Assembly (NCBI GenBank): GCA_024400835.1
Contig: JAKSMC010000001.1
Location: forward strand, 16,335 to 80,334
DNA from: Bacteroidales bacterium
Lineage (GTDB): Bacteria; Bacteroidota; Bacteroidia; Bacteroidales; WCHB1-69
DNA length: 64,000 bases
Reading direction: 5' to 3'
Below the pieces are notes generated by a model. It did not search any database, was not told the origin of the DNA, and was given only the letters and a program-made list of their open reading frames with translations. Of this stretch, positions 61,915 to 64,000 are shown one piece after another. Within the stretch, counting starts at the first letter, position 1; each line of letters begins with the position of its first letter. Made by a program: the position numbers and the translations under genes.

Positions 61915-63156
61915 ATGAATCTCACGACAATCATAACTGCGGCGATTATCTTCCTGGTCATCATCTGGCTTTTGGTGGCCATCCTGTTGTACGCACGCAA
62001 GAAAATGGTGCCGGAAGGCAAAGTGAAAATCACCATCAACGGTGAGAAAGAAGTGGAACATGAGCGCGGCTGCTCACTGTTGCAGGCGCTTTCAGACGAA
62101 AAGGTATTCGTCCCGTCAGCCTGCGGTGGCGGTGGCTCGTGCGGCACGTGCCGCGGCAAAGTGCTCTCCGGCGGCGGCGAAATACTGCCCACCGAACTGG
62201 CCCACATCTCCCGCAAACAGGCCGCCGAACACTATCGCCTCTTCTGCCAGGTCAAAGTGCGCGAAGATATGGAAATCGAAATCCCCAAGGAGTTCTTCGG
62301 CATCAAAAAGTGGAAATGCACCGTGCAGTCTAACAACAACGTGGCCACTTTCATCAAGCAACTGGTCCTCAAGTTGCCCGAAGGCGAGAAGATGAACTTC
62401 AAGTCTGGTGGCTATATCCAGATCGACATTCCCGCCTGCACGGTGGACTACAAGAATATCGACGTTGACGAGCAATACCGCGCCGACTGGCAGCGAATGG
62501 GGCTTTTCGACTTGAAGATGAAGAACAGCGCCGACACCGTGCGCGCCTACTCAATGGCCAACTACCCTGCCGAAGACGACATCGTGATGCTGAACGTCCG
62601 TATCGCCATTCCGCCTTTCAATCGCAAGAAAGGGTGTATGGAGAAGGTCAACCCCGGGGTGGCTTCTTCCTTCATCTACAACCTCAAGCCCGGTGACGAG
62701 GTTATGGTTTCCGGGCCTTACGGCGAATTCTTCGTCGAGGACACCGACCGCGAGATGATGTTCATCGGCGGCGGCGCCGGCATGGCTCCGATGCGGTCCC
62801 ATATCTTCGACCAGTTCAAGACCAAGCACACCACGCGCAAAACCTCTTTCTGGTATGGCGGCCGCTCCCTCAAAGAGTTGTTCTATATGGACGAATTTCA
62901 AAAGATTGCCGACGAGAACGACAACTTCGAGTTCCACATCGCCTTGTCGGATGCCCTGCCCGAAGACCACTGGACTGGCCCCACGGGATTCATCCACAAC
63001 GTCATCTTCGAAAACTACCTCAAGAACCATCCCAACCCAGAAGATATCGAGTACTACATCTGCGGCCCACCGATGATGCTGCAGGCCGTCCTCAAAATGC
63101 TCGACAGCCTCGGTGTCACACCGGAGATGATTCATTATGATGACTTTGGCGGGTGA
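61915..63156 (+). CDS. nqrF: Na+-NQR subunit F
   Basis: An N-terminal TM segment, the 2Fe-2S motif CGGGGSCGTC, and FAD/NADH motifs (RAYSMAN, GGGAGMAP). Confidence 0.95.
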   Translation: MNLTTIITAAIIFLVIIWLLVAILLYARKKMVPEGKVKITINGEKEVEHERGCSLLQALSDEKVFVPSACGGGGSCGTCRGKVLSGGGEILPTELAHISRKQAAEHYRLFCQVKVREDMEIEIPKEFFGIKKWKCTVQSNNNVATFIKQLVLKLPEGEKMNFKSGGYIQIDIPACTVDYKNIDVDEQYRADWQRMGLFDLKMKNSADTVRAYSMANYPAEDDIVMLNVRIAIPPFNRKKGCMEKVNPGVASSFIYNLKPGDEVMVSGPYGEFFVEDTDREMMFIGGGAGMAPMRSHIFDQFKTKHTTRKTSFWYGGRSLKELFYMDEFQKIADENDNFEFHIALSDALPEDHWTGPTGFIHNVIFENYLKNHPNPEDIEYYICGPPMMLQAVLKMLDSLGVTPEMIHYDDFGG

Positions 63157-63209
63157 TATAAAATAGATAATCCTGAAAAAAAACAATCATTAACTAAATT
63201 CATATCGCA

Positions 63210-63752
63210 ATGAAAAAATTATTCTACTTGTTGGCTGTTTGCGGACTGATGCTCGGATTCAGTGCCTGCAATCCGACACCAGATCCAAATCCCGGGCCGG
63301 ATGACCCAATTATCAATCCTGATTCTACGAACACTTCCGGAGATGATAATCTTCTAGGAATTTACATCGGGGAATACGATTTGCATATCGATGTCGAAGG
63401 TTATTACGTCGATGATGAGATTTCCGACAGCCAATCCGAACAATTTGACGGCACTTTGTCCATCGCTCTGCCCGAGGGGATTGAAAATCCTGCATTTGTA
63501 AATGTACAAGGTAAGTTCAATTTCGGCAATGGCGAGCAACGCCTGATTTACAACACCACAGGAGCATTGGATGCCAACGGCAATTTGGTATTGGAAGACA
63601 ACACCTATATGGGTGGTGCTGTCCCCATCACCATCTCCTATGAGGCCATTTCGCAAAACCAACCACTCACTTGGCATTCAACAATGTCTGCCGAACTCAG
63701 TGGATACAATATCCGCTATGAACTTTATAACATAGCCACCAAGATTCGATAA
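63210..63752 (+). CDS. Lipoprotein of unknown function, probably co-transcribed with nqrF
   Basis: Lipobox LGFSAC. No terminator or -7 box is seen in the 53-nt gap after nqrF. A strong terminator follows this gene. Confidence 0.65.
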   Translation: MKKLFYLLAVCGLMLGFSACNPTPDPNPGPDDPIINPDSTNTSGDDNLLGIYIGEYDLHIDVEGYYVDDEISDSQSEQFDGTLSIALPEGIENPAFVNVQGKFNFGNGEQRLIYNTTGALDANGNLVLEDNTYMGGAVPITISYEAISQNQPLTWHSTMSAELSGYNIRYELYNIATKIR

Positions 63753-63769
63753 ACCTCATCTTTACGCAT

Positions 63770-63805
63770 AAAAAAATCCCGGCTGGAACCAGTCGGGATT
63801 TTTTA
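63770..63805. terminator. Bidirectional rho-independent terminator between convergent genes
   Basis: An A-run, then a stem AATCCCGGCT/AGTCGGGATT (one wobble) with a 6-nt loop, then a T-run. Confidence 0.75.
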
Positions 63806-63823
63806 TTTATGCGAAATCAACGA

Positions 63824-64000
63824 TTAGTCTTGCATCAGAATTTCGAGCATCTTGATAGCGCAGTCGCTGATGATGGAGCCCGGTCCGAAGATACAGGAAG
63901 CACCTGCATTGTAGAGGAACTCGTAATCTTGCGGCGGGATGACGCCACCCACGATGACCATAATGTCCTCGCGGCCGAGTTTCTTGAGTTCTTCGATGAC
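63824..64000 (-). CDS. C-terminal B12-binding end of a methylmalonyl-CoA mutase-type protein (partial; continues beyond the window)
   Basis: Hand translation gives ..VIEELKKLGREDIMVIVGGVIPPQDYEFLYNAGASCIFGPGSIISDCAIKMLEILMQD*, typical of the mutase cobalamin-binding domain terminus. Confidence 0.75.
   Translation of the reverse strand, partial: VIEELKKLGREDIMVIVGGVIPPQDYEFLYNAGASCIFGPGSIISDCAIKMLEILMQD

Overview
This is a 64-kb chromosomal segment that looks like Bacteroidota, probably Bacteroidales and Prevotellaceae-like. That placement is an inference from three T9SS C-terminal sorting domains, many TAnnTTTG -7 promoter boxes, the absence of Shine-Dalgarno sites, an nqrABCDEF operon and ftsX-DUF3098-uppP-truB synteny.

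I call about 60 protein genes, mostly housekeeping:
- **Information processing and metabolism:** a metH lacking its reactivation domain plus a separate reactivation-domain gene, rpmH, rluD, ruvC, corA, miaA, rlmB, rpmE, lon, meaB, yhhQ and the 3' end of a methylmalonyl-CoA mutase.
- **Cell envelope:** an M23 peptidase, two glucosaminidase-LysM paralogs, ddl, an MsbA-like ABC exporter, ftsX, uppP and truB.
- **Energy metabolism:** a four-gene Hnd/HydABC-type [FeFe]-hydrogenase operon and nqrABCDEF.

Accessory-looking, visibly AT-richer patches:
- An operon of two paralogous lipoproteins coupled to a multiply disrupted T9SS subtilase.
- A very large GH2 beta-galactosidase bracketed by a hicAB module and an MNT/HEPN module.

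I recognised no rRNA, tRNA, CRISPR array, transposase or integrase.

The most unusual non-genic signals are:
- Four period-7 tandem arrays rich in stop codons, all sitting at gene ends. Two are inside the nqr operon.
- A structured leader before the hydrogenase operon, with a 27-codon uORF and mutually exclusive helices.
- A terminator hairpin that abuts the lon promoter box.
- A 19-nt promoter and start-region sequence shared almost exactly by three unrelated genes.

Nothing here can be called a new system from sequence alone. The lipoprotein/subtilase operon and the heptamer arrays are the best leads.

All calls were made by eye from motifs. No database search was run.
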